Positions 1 through 9,467 are shown, counted from the first letter of the stretch. The stretch is DNA of 64,000 bases from a virus (IMGVR_UViG_3300032320_001447:110360-174359), one strand, 5' to 3'. Notes: generated by a model not told the origin, from the letters alone. Program-made: numbers and translations.

Positions 1-2
1 AT

Positions 3-278
3 GGAATAGAATTTTTAACTAATTTTGATAAGAAAATAGACTTATTATTTTTAGACGGTTGGGATAAAGGTTCTCACAATTACGCAGAAAAACATTTAGA
101 AGCATTTTTAGCTGCTAAAGATAAATTGTCTGATTTACATTTGGTATCTATAGATGATACAGATTTTAATACTGAAAGTGCTGGTAAAGATAAATTATTA
201 ACGCCTTATTTATTAGAGAATGGATATATCAAAATACTTTGGGGAAGACAAATTGTTTTCATAAAGAATCAAATATGA
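3..278 (+). CDS. C-terminal part of a class I SAM-dependent methyltransferase (5'-truncated by window)
   Basis: Open frame from nt 3 (GIEFLTNFDKKIDLLFLDGWD...LVSIDDT) with strand-4 'LFLDG' and 'IDD' motifs typical of Methyltransf_24-like proteins; its TGA overlaps the next ATG (ATGA at 275-278). Confidence 0.65.
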   Translation, partial: GIEFLTNFDKKIDLLFLDGWDKGSHNYAEKHLEAFLAAKDKLSDLHLVSIDDTDFNTESAGKDKLLTPYLLENGYIKILWGRQIVFIKNQI

Positions 279-1207
279 AATTAAATTTCTATTACGAAAA
301 TCCTATTCCTGGTTCAATGGCTGGAAATGTATGTCATTTGGTTGCAGCAGAAAGATTCTTGAATTTATGTAAGAACGCCTATCCTGATATAGAGTTTAAT
401 TACATAAATTCTTGGGGAATTACTTATGAAAATGGTTTACCAACCCTTAGAAGTTGTCCAGGTTGTAAATTTAGTCACTTCTTCGTAATAATAGAAAACC
501 CAGATAATAAAAAGTTTTTTGTTATTTCTTATTGGGACAAATTAAAAGACATCACTTTAGACGGCACTTTTTGGGATTTAGAAAATTGTATGGGAATATT
601 TCCATCTGCGGGAACTCACACTGACGATTTTTCTTTTAGATCTATAGATTTAGATTATACTCCTATCGCTCCTTTAACTATACATAAATCTTTAGAAGAT
701 AAAGCGCAAGAATTATATCTCTTAAATGTTCCTAAGACTACACCTAAAAGTTTATTTTTTAGAGGGGGCGATTATGGTTTTAGAAGCTACTTATCTCGTA
801 ATGATAATAGATTTATAATTAATCATGAAAGAATAGATACTGCTATATTTGCAGAGGAAATGGCTAAAAATACTATTAACATAGATATTAACGCAGTAGC
901 TGAAATTTCTGGAAGAACTATAGATGCTATGGCTTTAGGAACTGCTTTAATCAGGCCTAAATTGTCCATCAAATATCATAACCCTCTTATACCAGATTAT
1001 CATTATGCAGAAGTTAAATGTGATGATCTTTCTAATTGGCCTAAATTAGCAGACGCTTATGTAGAAAGATTTGAAGAACTTAAAAAAGACGAAGAGCAAG
1101 TTAAATTCTTTTCAGAAAATGGAAGAAGATGGTACGAAGAAAACGCAACAATAGAAGCTCATGTGAGTATTCTTAAAAAATTAATAGACTTAAATAAACT
1201 TGCCTAA
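275..1207 (+). CDS. GT-B glycosyltransferase-like protein (CgeB/YkvP or GT90-like C-terminus)
   Basis: LFFRGG motif and 'SGRTIDAMALGTALIRP...LIPDYHY'; start moved to ATG 275 (ATGA coupling). Confidence 0.6.
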   Translation: MKLNFYYENPIPGSMAGNVCHLVAAERFLNLCKNAYPDIEFNYINSWGITYENGLPTLRSCPGCKFSHFFVIIENPDNKKFFVISYWDKLKDITLDGTFWDLENCMGIFPSAGTHTDDFSFRSIDLDYTPIAPLTIHKSLEDKAQELYLLNVPKTTPKSLFFRGGDYGFRSYLSRNDNRFIINHERIDTAIFAEEMAKNTINIDINAVAEISGRTIDAMALGTALIRPKLSIKYHNPLIPDYHYAEVKCDDLSNWPKLADAYVERFEELKKDEEQVKFFSENGRRWYEENATIEAHVSILKKLIDLNKLA

Positions 1208-1210
1208 TAA

Positions 1211-2008
1211 ATGAAAGCAGTAGTAACATTGACGACTATACCATCTAGATTGGTTAGCATATATCACGAAGATATAAAAGTGTGTTTAGATTCTTTACTT
1301 AATCAAGATTTTGAAGATTATGAAATTCATTTCAACATACCTTATTTTTTTAAATTAACCGAAGAAGAATATATTATTCCAGAATGGTTGAACGAATTAG
1401 TTGGAAACAATCCTAAGTTAAAAATATTTAGAGGAGAAGATTATGGGTCTATTACAAAATTAGTAGATACTATAAAAAGAATAGAAGATTCTAATTGCAT
1501 TATTATCACAGCAGATGATGATTTAGTATATCATCCAGAAATGGTAAGTGAACAATATAAAAATCAAACAGAAAGATTTAGTAATTGCGCGGTGGGTTAT
1601 GATGGTATTAGTGCATTAGAACCAGTGTTTAGAGACATACGCAGTCATTATGTAGTAAGCGTTCCTTGTAATGTTAAAGTAAATGTATTGCAACACTATA
1701 AAACAGTATCTTACAAAAGAAGTTATTTTGAAGAGGATTTCTTTACTGATTTTGTAGGACAATCTTGGGCCGACGATATTTTAGTATCAGCTTATATGGG
1801 AAAACAAAAGATTACAAAATACGTAACTTACTTTGAAAAAGAAAGCATACCTGCTACTATAGAAGAGTGGAATAGCAGAGGAGGCGTAACAACGTTTCCT
1901 ATAATAAAACACACTCAACACGATTCACAAGAAGGTTGCAATATTAAAAGAAATAATCAAGAAACAGACAATTTTATGTACTTTGTGCATAAAGGATACT
2001 TAAGATAA
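1211..2008 (+). CDS. GT-A fold glycosyltransferase
   Basis: 'VVTLTTIPSRL', 'DYGSITKL', 'IITADDDLVY' DxD motif, 'ADDILVS'. Confidence 0.75.
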   Translation: MKAVVTLTTIPSRLVSIYHEDIKVCLDSLLNQDFEDYEIHFNIPYFFKLTEEEYIIPEWLNELVGNNPKLKIFRGEDYGSITKLVDTIKRIEDSNCIIITADDDLVYHPEMVSEQYKNQTERFSNCAVGYDGISALEPVFRDIRSHYVVSVPCNVKVNVLQHYKTVSYKRSYFEEDFFTDFVGQSWADDILVSAYMGKQKITKYVTYFEKESIPATIEEWNSRGGVTTFPIIKHTQHDSQEGCNIKRNNQETDNFMYFVHKGYLR

Positions 2009-2012
2009 TATT

Positions 2013-4406
2013 ATGAGTTATAAAGAAGTTTTTAGCGGCATTTATGATAATTTTGGTTTCGGAAGTTTGGAAAGCCGATCAGGTCCAGGCAGTACTTTAG
2101 AAGAAACTAAATTTCTTAGAGAGAAATTAAAAGAAATAGTAAAACAGAAAGACATAAAATCTGTAGTAGATATACCTTGCGGTGACTTTAATTGGATGAA
2201 AGAGATTGTATTTAGTTTTGAATCTTATACTGGTGGAGATATTGTGGAGCAGTGCATCAAAACTAATAGTGAAGAATACGGAAGCAAGAGAATAAAGTTT
2301 ATTGACTTCGATCTGTTAAACGATAGTATTCCCGATTCTGATCTTTTAATAGTTAGAGATATTGTTGGTCACTTTCCTTTAGAAGATGGAAAAAAGATAA
2401 TTGATAACATACTCAGATCTAATTGTAAATATCTTTTAAGCACCACATGGGCAAAAAACACAGAACAAGGTTGGAGTAATTGTGGTCCCATGGATGTACA
2501 TAGAGAAAACGAAGGAGTTGATTATGGAAGATTCTATCCAGTTAATTTAATGGCGCACCCATTCAATTTTCCATTAGCCGAAGTATTTTTAGAAGAAGAC
2601 GTACGCGTAGATAATTTTGATAATGGAAATAGAAAGGCTTTAGCTCTATGGGATTTAGATAAAGTTAGAGAACATTTAAAAACAGTTGAACCAATACAAT
2701 CTTTTAATACAGAATCAACAAAAAATTTAACAGTAGTTACAGGACTTTGGAATATTAATAGAAATGGCAGACCATTCGATCACTATATAGATAATTTTAA
2801 AAAGCTGTTAGATACCCCTCAGAATTTATTTATCTTTATTGAAAAAGAATATGAGCATTTAGTTTGGGATAAAAGATCTCCAAAAAATACTTTTGTTAAA
2901 ATCTATGAGTTAGAAGACGTTAAAAACTTATACTCTCCTTTTTGGCAGAAAACTCAAGACCTTAGAAACAGTCCAGATTGGCATAATATCACTGGTGAAA
3001 ATGGATGGTTAAAAGACAGTCCGCAGGCTAGCTTAGAGTGGTATAATCCAATAGTAATGTCAAAAATGTTTATGCTACACGATGTAACCATTTGGAATCC
3101 TTTTGATACAGAGTATTTTATATGGTTAGACGCAGGAATTACTAATACTGTATATGAAAAATATTTTACAGAAAATAATGTGCTAAATAAAATAACTAGT
3201 TACTTAGATCCGTTCCTATTTTTATCTTATCCTTACGAAGCTGTCGATGAAATTCATGGATTTAAGTATGGAGAAATGAATAGGTATGCAGGTACTAAAG
3301 TAGAATATGTATGTAGAGGAGGGTTATTCGGAGGAAGCAAAGCCGCTATACATGAAGCAAATAGTGAATATTACAGTTTACTAAACAATACCTTATCTGA
3401 CGGGTTGATGGGAACAGAAGAAAGCATTTTTACTATAATGTCTTATCTTTATCCTAACAGATATAGAAGATTCGAATTAGACAGTAACGGTTTAGTAATT
3501 AAATTTATACAAGCTTTAGATAGCGAAAATTTGCAGTTATCCGAAATTAAAAAGGATTTGGATTTTATACCTAATAAAAATGTTAACGTAGATAATTTAA
3601 AGACATCTATTTACATGTTGACTTTTAATTTTCCTCATCAAGTAGAACACACAATTCAAACTTGGTTAAAGCACTCAAGATTCATTAGCAATACAAGAAA
3701 TATTTTAATAGATAATTCGACAAATGAAGAGGCTAGAATTGCCAATAAAGAAATTTGTGATAAGTACGGATTCGAACATATCATAACAAATGAAAACGCC
3801 GGTATCAATGGAGGCAGATTCAGAGCGGCCCAGCACTTCCAAGAATCAGATAGCGATTACTACTTATTTTTAGAAGACGATATGGGAATCCATCCTCCAG
3901 AAGAATTAGGTTTTTGTAGAAATGGATTTAGATATTTTGTTCCTAATTTGTACGATAACATTCTTAAGATAATGCACGGAAGCGATTTAGACTTTCTAAA
4001 ATTATCTTACACAGAAGTTTACATGGATAACAATATTCAAGTCTCTTGGTATAATGTTCCTCAAACAGTTAGATCTGAATTTTGGCCCGATTATGATAAA
4101 CTTCCTGTAACAGGACTTGACACTAATTGTCCTAGAACCGCTTTCAACAAAATAGAAGTCGTAGACGGTCTTAGCTATATTACTGGAGAAATCTATTACG
4201 CTAACTGGCCTATGATTGTGGGTAGAAAAGGCAATCAAAAGATGTTCTTAGACACTACTTGGGCTAGACCTTACGAACAGACTTGGATGAGTTATATGTT
4301 CCAAGAAACTAAAAAAGGTAATTTAAAACCAGCGGTGTTATTAGCTAGCCCAATTAACCACGATAGAATAGCTCACTATAAACCCGAAGAAAGACGAGAG
4401 AACTAA
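2013..4406 (+). CDS. Fusion: class I methyltransferase + HtrL/YibB-like domain + GT-A domain
   Basis: N-terminal 'SRSGPGS...VVDIPCGDFNW'; middle 'TVVTGLWNINR...FIWLDAGI...GTEESIF'; C-terminal 'YLFLEDDM'. Confidence 0.7.
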   Translation: MSYKEVFSGIYDNFGFGSLESRSGPGSTLEETKFLREKLKEIVKQKDIKSVVDIPCGDFNWMKEIVFSFESYTGGDIVEQCIKTNSEEYGSKRIKFIDFDLLNDSIPDSDLLIVRDIVGHFPLEDGKKIIDNILRSNCKYLLSTTWAKNTEQGWSNCGPMDVHRENEGVDYGRFYPVNLMAHPFNFPLAEVFLEEDVRVDNFDNGNRKALALWDLDKVREHLKTVEPIQSFNTESTKNLTVVTGLWNINRNGRPFDHYIDNFKKLLDTPQNLFIFIEKEYEHLVWDKRSPKNTFVKIYELEDVKNLYSPFWQKTQDLRNSPDWHNITGENGWLKDSPQASLEWYNPIVMSKMFMLHDVTIWNPFDTEYFIWLDAGITNTVYEKYFTENNVLNKITSYLDPFLFLSYPYEAVDEIHGFKYGEMNRYAGTKVEYVCRGGLFGGSKAAIHEANSEYYSLLNNTLSDGLMGTEESIFTIMSYLYPNRYRRFELDSNGLVIKFIQALDSENLQLSEIKKDLDFIPNKNVNVDNLKTSIYMLTFNFPHQVEHTIQTWLKHSRFISNTRNILIDNSTNEEARIANKEICDKYGFEHIITNENAGINGGRFRAAQHFQESDSDYYLFLEDDMGIHPPEELGFCRNGFRYFVPNLYDNILKIMHGSDLDFLKLSYTEVYMDNNIQVSWYNVPQTVRSEFWPDYDKLPVTGLDTNCPRTAFNKIEVVDGLSYITGEIYYANWPMIVGRKGNQKMFLDTTWARPYEQTWMSYMFQETKKGNLKPAVLLASPINHDRIAHYKPEERREN

Positions 4407-4419
4407 TATTTATTAAAGT

Positions 4420-4725
4420 ATGCCAGCAGTACCAGTAGTACCATATTCTCTATCCTTTTTGGCCGAATCAACGATTTACCAAAACGAGGTTAGATGTAAA
4501 GTTAACGAAAACGATTTTAATTATACACTTAATAGATCTGCTATTATAGAAGGAACTAGCGGATCTTATATAAATGCTGTAACTGGATCAGAATTTAGGC
4601 CTTACGCAACTACCGTGGGTTTATACAACGATGCAGATGAATTATTAGTGGTTGGTAAATTATCCACTCCATATCCTATTCCTTCAAATACAGATATGAC
4701 CTTTATTATTCGTTGGGATAGCTAA
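4420..4725 (+). CDS. Putative virion structural (tail/baseplate-associated) small protein
   Basis: 'PYATTVGLYNDADELLVVGKLSTP...IIRWD' resembles C-terminal modules of large-phage structural proteins; ATATTTAT motif upstream. Confidence 0.5.
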   Translation: MPAVPVVPYSLSFLAESTIYQNEVRCKVNENDFNYTLNRSAIIEGTSGSYINAVTGSEFRPYATTVGLYNDADELLVVGKLSTPYPIPSNTDMTFIIRWDS

Positions 4726-4747
4726 GATATTTATTAGAAAGCAGTCT

Positions 4748-5221
4748 ATGTCAAATTGGTTATACGAAGGGAAACAGCTCACTCAACTAAAAGATTTCCC
4801 AGATGATGTTGTAGGATTTGTCTACAAAGTCACAAACAATAAAACTGGCAAATTCTACGTCGGTAAAAAAATCCTTAGAAACGTTCTAACAAAAACGCTA
4901 ACAAAGAGAGAAATTTCAGAGTGGATTAAACCAGGGCGTATTCCAAAGAAAAGAAAGGAAATTAAAGAAAGCAATTGGGCAGACTATTACGGTTCAAGCA
5001 AATTGGTAACAGAAGACATTAAAACCTTCGGTAAAGAAGCATTCACTAGAGAGATATTAAGAGTTTGCACGACCAAGAAACAGATGAGCTATTGGGAGAC
5101 TTATTATCAAATGACACTAAAAGTTTTAGAGGTGAATAGCTATAACGAGAATATAGCAGGTAAATGGTACCGCAGGGATGTCAATCCAATCACACCCGAG
5201 CTCGAGGCCGAAGAGGAATAA
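4748..5221 (+). CDS. GIY-YIG (Seg-like) endonuclease
   Basis: 'GFVYKVTN...KFYVGKK', 'YYGSS', 'FTREIL', 'YNENI'. Confidence 0.8.
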   Translation: MSNWLYEGKQLTQLKDFPDDVVGFVYKVTNNKTGKFYVGKKILRNVLTKTLTKREISEWIKPGRIPKKRKEIKESNWADYYGSSKLVTEDIKTFGKEAFTREILRVCTTKKQMSYWETYYQMTLKVLEVNSYNENIAGKWYRRDVNPITPELEAEEE

Positions 5222-5250
5222 GATTTACGATAGAATATTAAAACAAAATA

Positions 5251-5276
5251 AAAGGGAGCCCGAATGAGCTCCCTTT
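5251..5276. terminator. Probable bidirectional intrinsic terminator at the convergent junction
   Basis: AAAGGGAGC-ccgaatga-GCTCCCTTT hairpin with A and T runs, between convergent genes. Confidence 0.75.
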
Positions 5277-5306
5277 CTTATTTACTAACCGTATGATCCT
5301 AATATA

Positions 5307-5735
5307 TTATTTGTTTATCTTTACATGCGTAAATTTTTCCCACTCATTAGCCAAAGATGGATCTATTGCTCTAACCGCGGTATTTACTTTGTGTATAAGA
5401 TCATTTTTTCCCCCAACTTCTGGACTATTAATAGTAATCACATTCGATGAGGTATCCACTTTAATTGGTTCTTTTTGAGATTTGTCTACCTTTACTAAAT
5501 AATCTGTGCTGCGATTAGATTGTTTATTGAATATTCCTATTTCTTTATCTAAATGCACTGTTGCAGTTGCACCTTTTCTTAAAGCGTCTTTGAAATCTTG
5601 ATTTGATTTACGAGCGCCTCCTACTAAAGCAGCTACAGCCAATGCAGCACCAATACTAACGTTTTTAAAAATTCCTTCTTCTAAGGCATCTATTTTAGCC
5701 TCTGTAAGTATATCGTTTAAATTAATTTGCGCCAT
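5307..5735 (-). CDS. Hypothetical protein, possible virion internal protein
   Basis: ORF track; N-terminal 'INLNDILTEA...LEEG' then a hydrophobic helix; ATATTTAT upstream. Confidence 0.55.
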   Translation of the reverse strand: MAQINLNDILTEAKIDALEEGIFKNVSIGAALAVAALVGGARKSNQDFKDALRKGATATVHLDKEIGIFNKQSNRSTDYLVKVDKSQKEPIKVDTSSNVITINSPEVGGKNDLIHKVNTAVRAIDPSLANEWEKFTHVKINK

Positions 5736-5756
5736 TACAAAAGTTTTTAATAAATA

Positions 5757-6761
5757 TTAATACATTAAGCTTCTGTGCTGTATTCCCTCTAAAAACTCAT
5801 CTTGGCCCTCTTTTGCCAAACTAAACGTGTCAGGGAAAATCCAAGTGTAAGGAATATTCTTGGTCGGCTTCTTTTCACCATGAGAGATTGCGATGTGCTT
5901 CCAAAAGAAACATGTCTTATCTTCTATGTTCAGATACTTCTGGGAAGTCATGGGATTAGATGGGTGATTCACTAACAGATCCATCTGATATAACCATTGC
6001 TCCGCCTGTTTGTTCTCTGGCGTGAACACTCCGGCTTCGTTAATAGTATACTTAACTTTACCGTTTAGGTTCTGACCACCGAATATCTGGTGCAATCCAT
6101 CGAAGTGACCAGTGCCACCGAATAGAATAGACTCGGGATCTACTAAGTGTGGATAGCTCATTGCGATGTATCTTGCAGTGTTCTTACATGGATACAAAGG
6201 ACTTCTAAAGTTTTGATGCTCTTTAAAGTACTTCTCAAGAATCTTTGCAAACTCCATCATTGTGTACTTTCCACGTTTACCATCTTCAACGTCCTGTAAA
6301 ATGTAAGCCAATTCTTGACCAGCAATTCTAGGTCCGTGTAGCAACCAACTCTTAACGTCTGTGCCCTTTGGATAATAGATTTGGAATAGATCGTTTCTCG
6401 CATGACGATTGTTAACGAAGTGTTCTTTGGTTGCCTCTACACCTTCTTTTGCAAGTTTCATAAAGGTTCCCCAATGCTCGTTACTAAAACTAAATACTAG
6501 AGTGTAAAACATTCTTAGCTCGTTGTCAGTAACATTATCTCGCATGTAATAGCAATATGGATGTTCGTGCCAGTGCAAACGATGAGAGAAGATCTGATAC
6601 TCGTCCTTTAATAAACCGTCTTGTCTTGTGTCGTATTTTTGGCAGAACTCAAAGAACTTTTCAATGCGTTGCTCTAATGGCCAATCTCGCATCCAAGAGT
6701 CCTTTGGTTTCTTGCCTTTGAATTCTACTTCACAAGTGTTTGGAAATAAAATATCACTCAT
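5757..6761 (-). CDS. Divergent amino-acid:DNA transferase-like (aGPT-pyrophosphorylase-like) protein, paralog B
   Basis: 'PHLVDPESILFGGTGHFDGL' and 'LNIEDKTCFFWKH' parallel the G-x-G-A...E-x-x-x-C-x-x-x-K core of that family; motif order shared with 7255..8424. Confidence 0.45.
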   Translation of the reverse strand: MSDILFPNTCEVEFKGKKPKDSWMRDWPLEQRIEKFFEFCQKYDTRQDGLLKDEYQIFSHRLHWHEHPYCYYMRDNVTDNELRMFYTLVFSFSNEHWGTFMKLAKEGVEATKEHFVNNRHARNDLFQIYYPKGTDVKSWLLHGPRIAGQELAYILQDVEDGKRGKYTMMEFAKILEKYFKEHQNFRSPLYPCKNTARYIAMSYPHLVDPESILFGGTGHFDGLHQIFGGQNLNGKVKYTINEAGVFTPENKQAEQWLYQMDLLVNHPSNPMTSQKYLNIEDKTCFFWKHIAISHGEKKPTKNIPYTWIFPDTFSLAKEGQDEFLEGIQHRSLMY

Positions 6762-7258
6762 TATTTTGTTAATTTTTTTCTAAAAATAGATGTGCCGTGT
6801 TCTAAGATATTTTTTTCTTCCTCATTAGTTATCTTAAAAATCTTCTTAATATAAGCAGGATTTCTTGGAATAACTAAAGACAATTTTTTCTCTGGGTTAA
6901 AAGAGCCTTCTAATACTTTTGTCATGCATTGTTTAGGATCTACTTCTAATACGTAACCATCATATTCGTGTGGTACTCTAGAAGGTAGAGATAAAATTAA
7001 AAACTTATCGCACTTGAATATGTTGTTTATATTCTGTGTGGTTTTACCCTCGTTGATTGCCCAACAATCGAATTTAACAAATGGAGTAATTGCTTTTACT
7101 TGCACCGTAGCTCCGTCTATTTTCATGTCCCAATAACCGAATTCGTCTGTGTTAATTTCTACTTGGTGTTTTTTTGAATAGTGATTGTACACTATTTTTT
7201 CTGCGATATTGCCCGTTGCTTTTATTTTAAAGGCATCGCGTTGTGTTGTTTGTTTCAT
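6761..7258 (-). CDS. PD-(D/E)xK-type endonuclease, probably free-standing and mobile
   Basis: 'GNIAEKIV...WDMKIDGATVQVKA' E...D...QxK motif; overlaps both neighbours. Confidence 0.55.
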   Translation of the reverse strand: MKQTTQRDAFKIKATGNIAEKIVYNHYSKKHQVEINTDEFGYWDMKIDGATVQVKAITPFVKFDCWAINEGKTTQNINNIFKCDKFLILSLPSRVPHEYDGYVLEVDPKQCMTKVLEGSFNPEKKLSLVIPRNPAYIKKIFKITNEEEKNILEHGTSIFRKKLTK

Positions 7259-8424
7259 TTATAATGTTCTTGTACCCTTTCCTTGTATTGTTCTTCTGTT
7301 ATAAGAAGTGATTTAAGTACCTTGTCATCGGAAGGGTGTTCTGTAATACCGTTAAAACTTGGGACAAGTCCAAGATCTAACATTGCTTTTTGACGACCGT
7401 ATGGATGGTCTTTAATACTGCTGCTGTTCCATACATGATCGAAATCTAAGTGATCGTAGTCTGCGCCTGGTTTTACGTAGTTCTCAATCCATCTAATTGA
7501 GTCACACGCAACGTCCTCTGCGTTGTACGGAAAACTACCAGTGTCGTCGTATATCTTCATCATTACTGAATCCAAAAATACTTCTTCTTGCATTTTCGTA
7601 GACTTCTTTGCTAAATAGCTAACGCACTCCTTTGCATTCGTACCGTAATAGAATGGACTTTCACGGTTAACAAATTCAGGGAACCAGTCTGCTATGTCAG
7701 CAATAAATGCAGCGTACTGAAATCTAAAAGCTCTAAGTCCTCTGTCTGTGTTCCACTTAAACATAAAGTCTCCTACTTCTCTCAAGTTTTTCTTTCCTCC
7801 AGTTTCTAAGAAGGTAGCTACGTCTTCTGCTAACTGAGGAACGAATTCGCAAAGGAAATAATCTCCTCCACGTTTGTAATCTCCTTGAGGTTTAGGGAAA
7901 CTTGGGAACTGATAACCTACCGATGTGTAAAATGGTTTAGTTGCTCCTTTTATGATGTCGATTAGCTGAGGTATATTGTCAGCTTGATGCATCTCGAACA
8001 AGAGTGTGTTGTGATACCCTGAGGGTTTCATCGAGTAGTTAATAGCGGACCCTGTTAATCTGTGAAACAAGAACAAATAGATCCACTCTCTTAAACCGAA
8101 CACGTCGCGCTTACCTGTCCAATTTTTAGAAACTGTTTCTCTCTGTTTTGTCATGTGACCTTGAGTCATTTTATTCCAGTAAGGGTGATCTTCGGAAAAA
8201 CCGTAAAACACATCGTTAACTATCTGTGAGAATCCTGCGTACTTTCTTTCAACCACGTCGTATAGTTCAACGTGTTTCATTAATTCGTCAGGTACAGAAC
8301 TGTCTGCATGTTTTATAATTCCTAAGTTACACTCTTCTTGTTGTGTTTTAGCCATTTGGTAATAGCGTAAAAATTCTTCGTAATACGGTGTGGTTGTAAT
8401 CCACTTCGGGCTTGCTGTAATCAT
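7255..8424 (-). CDS. Divergent amino-acid:DNA transferase-like (aGPT-pyrophosphorylase-like) protein, paralog A
   Basis: 'LYDVVERKY', 'LFHRLTG', 'FQYAAFIADI...PEFVNRESPFYYGTNAKEC', 'YNAEDVACDSIRW'. Confidence 0.5.
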   Translation of the reverse strand: MITASPKWITTTPYYEEFLRYYQMAKTQQEECNLGIIKHADSSVPDELMKHVELYDVVERKYAGFSQIVNDVFYGFSEDHPYWNKMTQGHMTKQRETVSKNWTGKRDVFGLREWIYLFLFHRLTGSAINYSMKPSGYHNTLLFEMHQADNIPQLIDIIKGATKPFYTSVGYQFPSFPKPQGDYKRGGDYFLCEFVPQLAEDVATFLETGGKKNLREVGDFMFKWNTDRGLRAFRFQYAAFIADIADWFPEFVNRESPFYYGTNAKECVSYLAKKSTKMQEEVFLDSVMMKIYDDTGSFPYNAEDVACDSIRWIENYVKPGADYDHLDFDHVWNSSSIKDHPYGRQKAMLDLGLVPSFNGITEHPSDDKVLKSLLITEEQYKERVQEHYK

Positions 8425-8427
8425 ATT

Positions 8428-9207
8428 TTAATTTTGTGCTTCTAATTGTCTTCTTGCTTCCATTCTTTTTTGCATCGCGTCTACGTGTATGCTGTAGTAA
8501 GACTCATCGGTATCCAACCAATGCTCTTCGTCTACCCACTCTTCTCTACCGAATCCGATGCCTGCTATTTTAAGATGCACAGCGCCTTCGCGTTTCAATG
8601 CAATGCGTTTAGTTTTCTCAATCGCTTCGTTTTGAGTTCTTGCCATAACACAACAAACATAATCTTGTAATCGATTCCAATTAGGTTGCTCTTCTCTTGA
8701 ATTAGTGTAGTGCGCGTAATAAACAGTTGTGGGTTTTGGTGTACCTTCTTCTCTTAGTACCCTTTCTTTTTCAGTTCTTGCCCACTCGACGTAGAAGTTT
8801 AGTACGTGGTCCTCAGGATCAACTTCGTCGTACTCGTTACGCTGAAATATTCTCCAAGAATCTATTGCATACTTACCAACTCCTTTAAGTCCAATTAGTT
8901 TGTGAGTAGGAATATAGATAGGATTACCATACTCTTGTACTAACTCCAACCACTCATAAGAGAACTGTTTCCAAGCTTTTACTCTTTTGTTGTAAAAACC
9001 TAAAGGCTTGATTATCTCTATGACCTCTGCGTCCGGACAATCGATTAGACGTTCTGCTGTACCGCATTTGTTAAAGAAGTGTTCTCTAACTTCGTCTACT
9101 TGTCTGTGGTGGGTTTGGTTTAGCATGAAACAGACCATTAACATTTTCCATGGGTCGTCTCTGTACTCTTCCTGTCTAGTAAGGTAGGGTGATGTTTGTA
9201 ATCTCAT
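8428..9207 (-). CDS. MBD4-like HhH-GPD DNA glycosylase with C-terminal extension
   Basis: 'DPWKMLMVCFMLNQT', 'IIKPLGFYNKR', HhH 'LKGVGKYAIDSWRIF', 'VDPEDHVLNFYVEW' closely track the MBD4 catalytic domain; start at ATG 9207 after a TATATTTG element. Confidence 0.85.
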   Translation of the reverse strand: MRLQTSPYLTRQEEYRDDPWKMLMVCFMLNQTHHRQVDEVREHFFNKCGTAERLIDCPDAEVIEIIKPLGFYNKRVKAWKQFSYEWLELVQEYGNPIYIPTHKLIGLKGVGKYAIDSWRIFQRNEYDEVDPEDHVLNFYVEWARTEKERVLREEGTPKPTTVYYAHYTNSREEQPNWNRLQDYVCCVMARTQNEAIEKTKRIALKREGAVHLKIAGIGFGREEWVDEEHWLDTDESYYSIHVDAMQKRMEARRQLEAQN

Positions 9208-9222
9208 AACTTTTATTGTAAT

Positions 9223-9230
9223 CAAATATA
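9223..9230 (-). promoter_or_regulatory. Bacteroidetes-type -7 promoter element (TATATTTG)
   Basis: Matches TAnnTTTG about 15 nt upstream of ATG 9207; the same 8-mer at 17427-17434 lies upstream of ORF 17132..17404. Confidence 0.55.
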
Positions 9231-9296
9231 CGAAAAATATCTCAATTCTATTCGTTAAAGTTCCTAGTAACAAAGAAAAAGGGTCTAAGCCCTTTT

Positions 9297-9467
9297 CTAT
9301 AATAATTCATATGTTACACCGAGTTCTTTTAGCTTTAGTTTTGCCTCTTCGAACTGAGTAGCCTCTTCGAAACAGAGTGCTCTTTTTGTTGGTCTGAATG
9401 CTACTAGTTTTATTTCTTCACATTCAATCGCTTGTTCGTCCATCTCTTCTACTATCAAAACTTGCAT
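9297..9467 (-). CDS. Small hypothetical protein (56 aa, not in ORF track)
   Basis: MQVLIVEEMDEQ...LGVTYELL*, followed by hairpin AAAAGGG-cttaga-CCCTTTT (9275-9298). Confidence 0.6.
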   Translation of the reverse strand: MQVLIVEEMDEQAIECEEIKLVAFRPTKRALCFEEATQFEEAKLKLKELGVTYELL

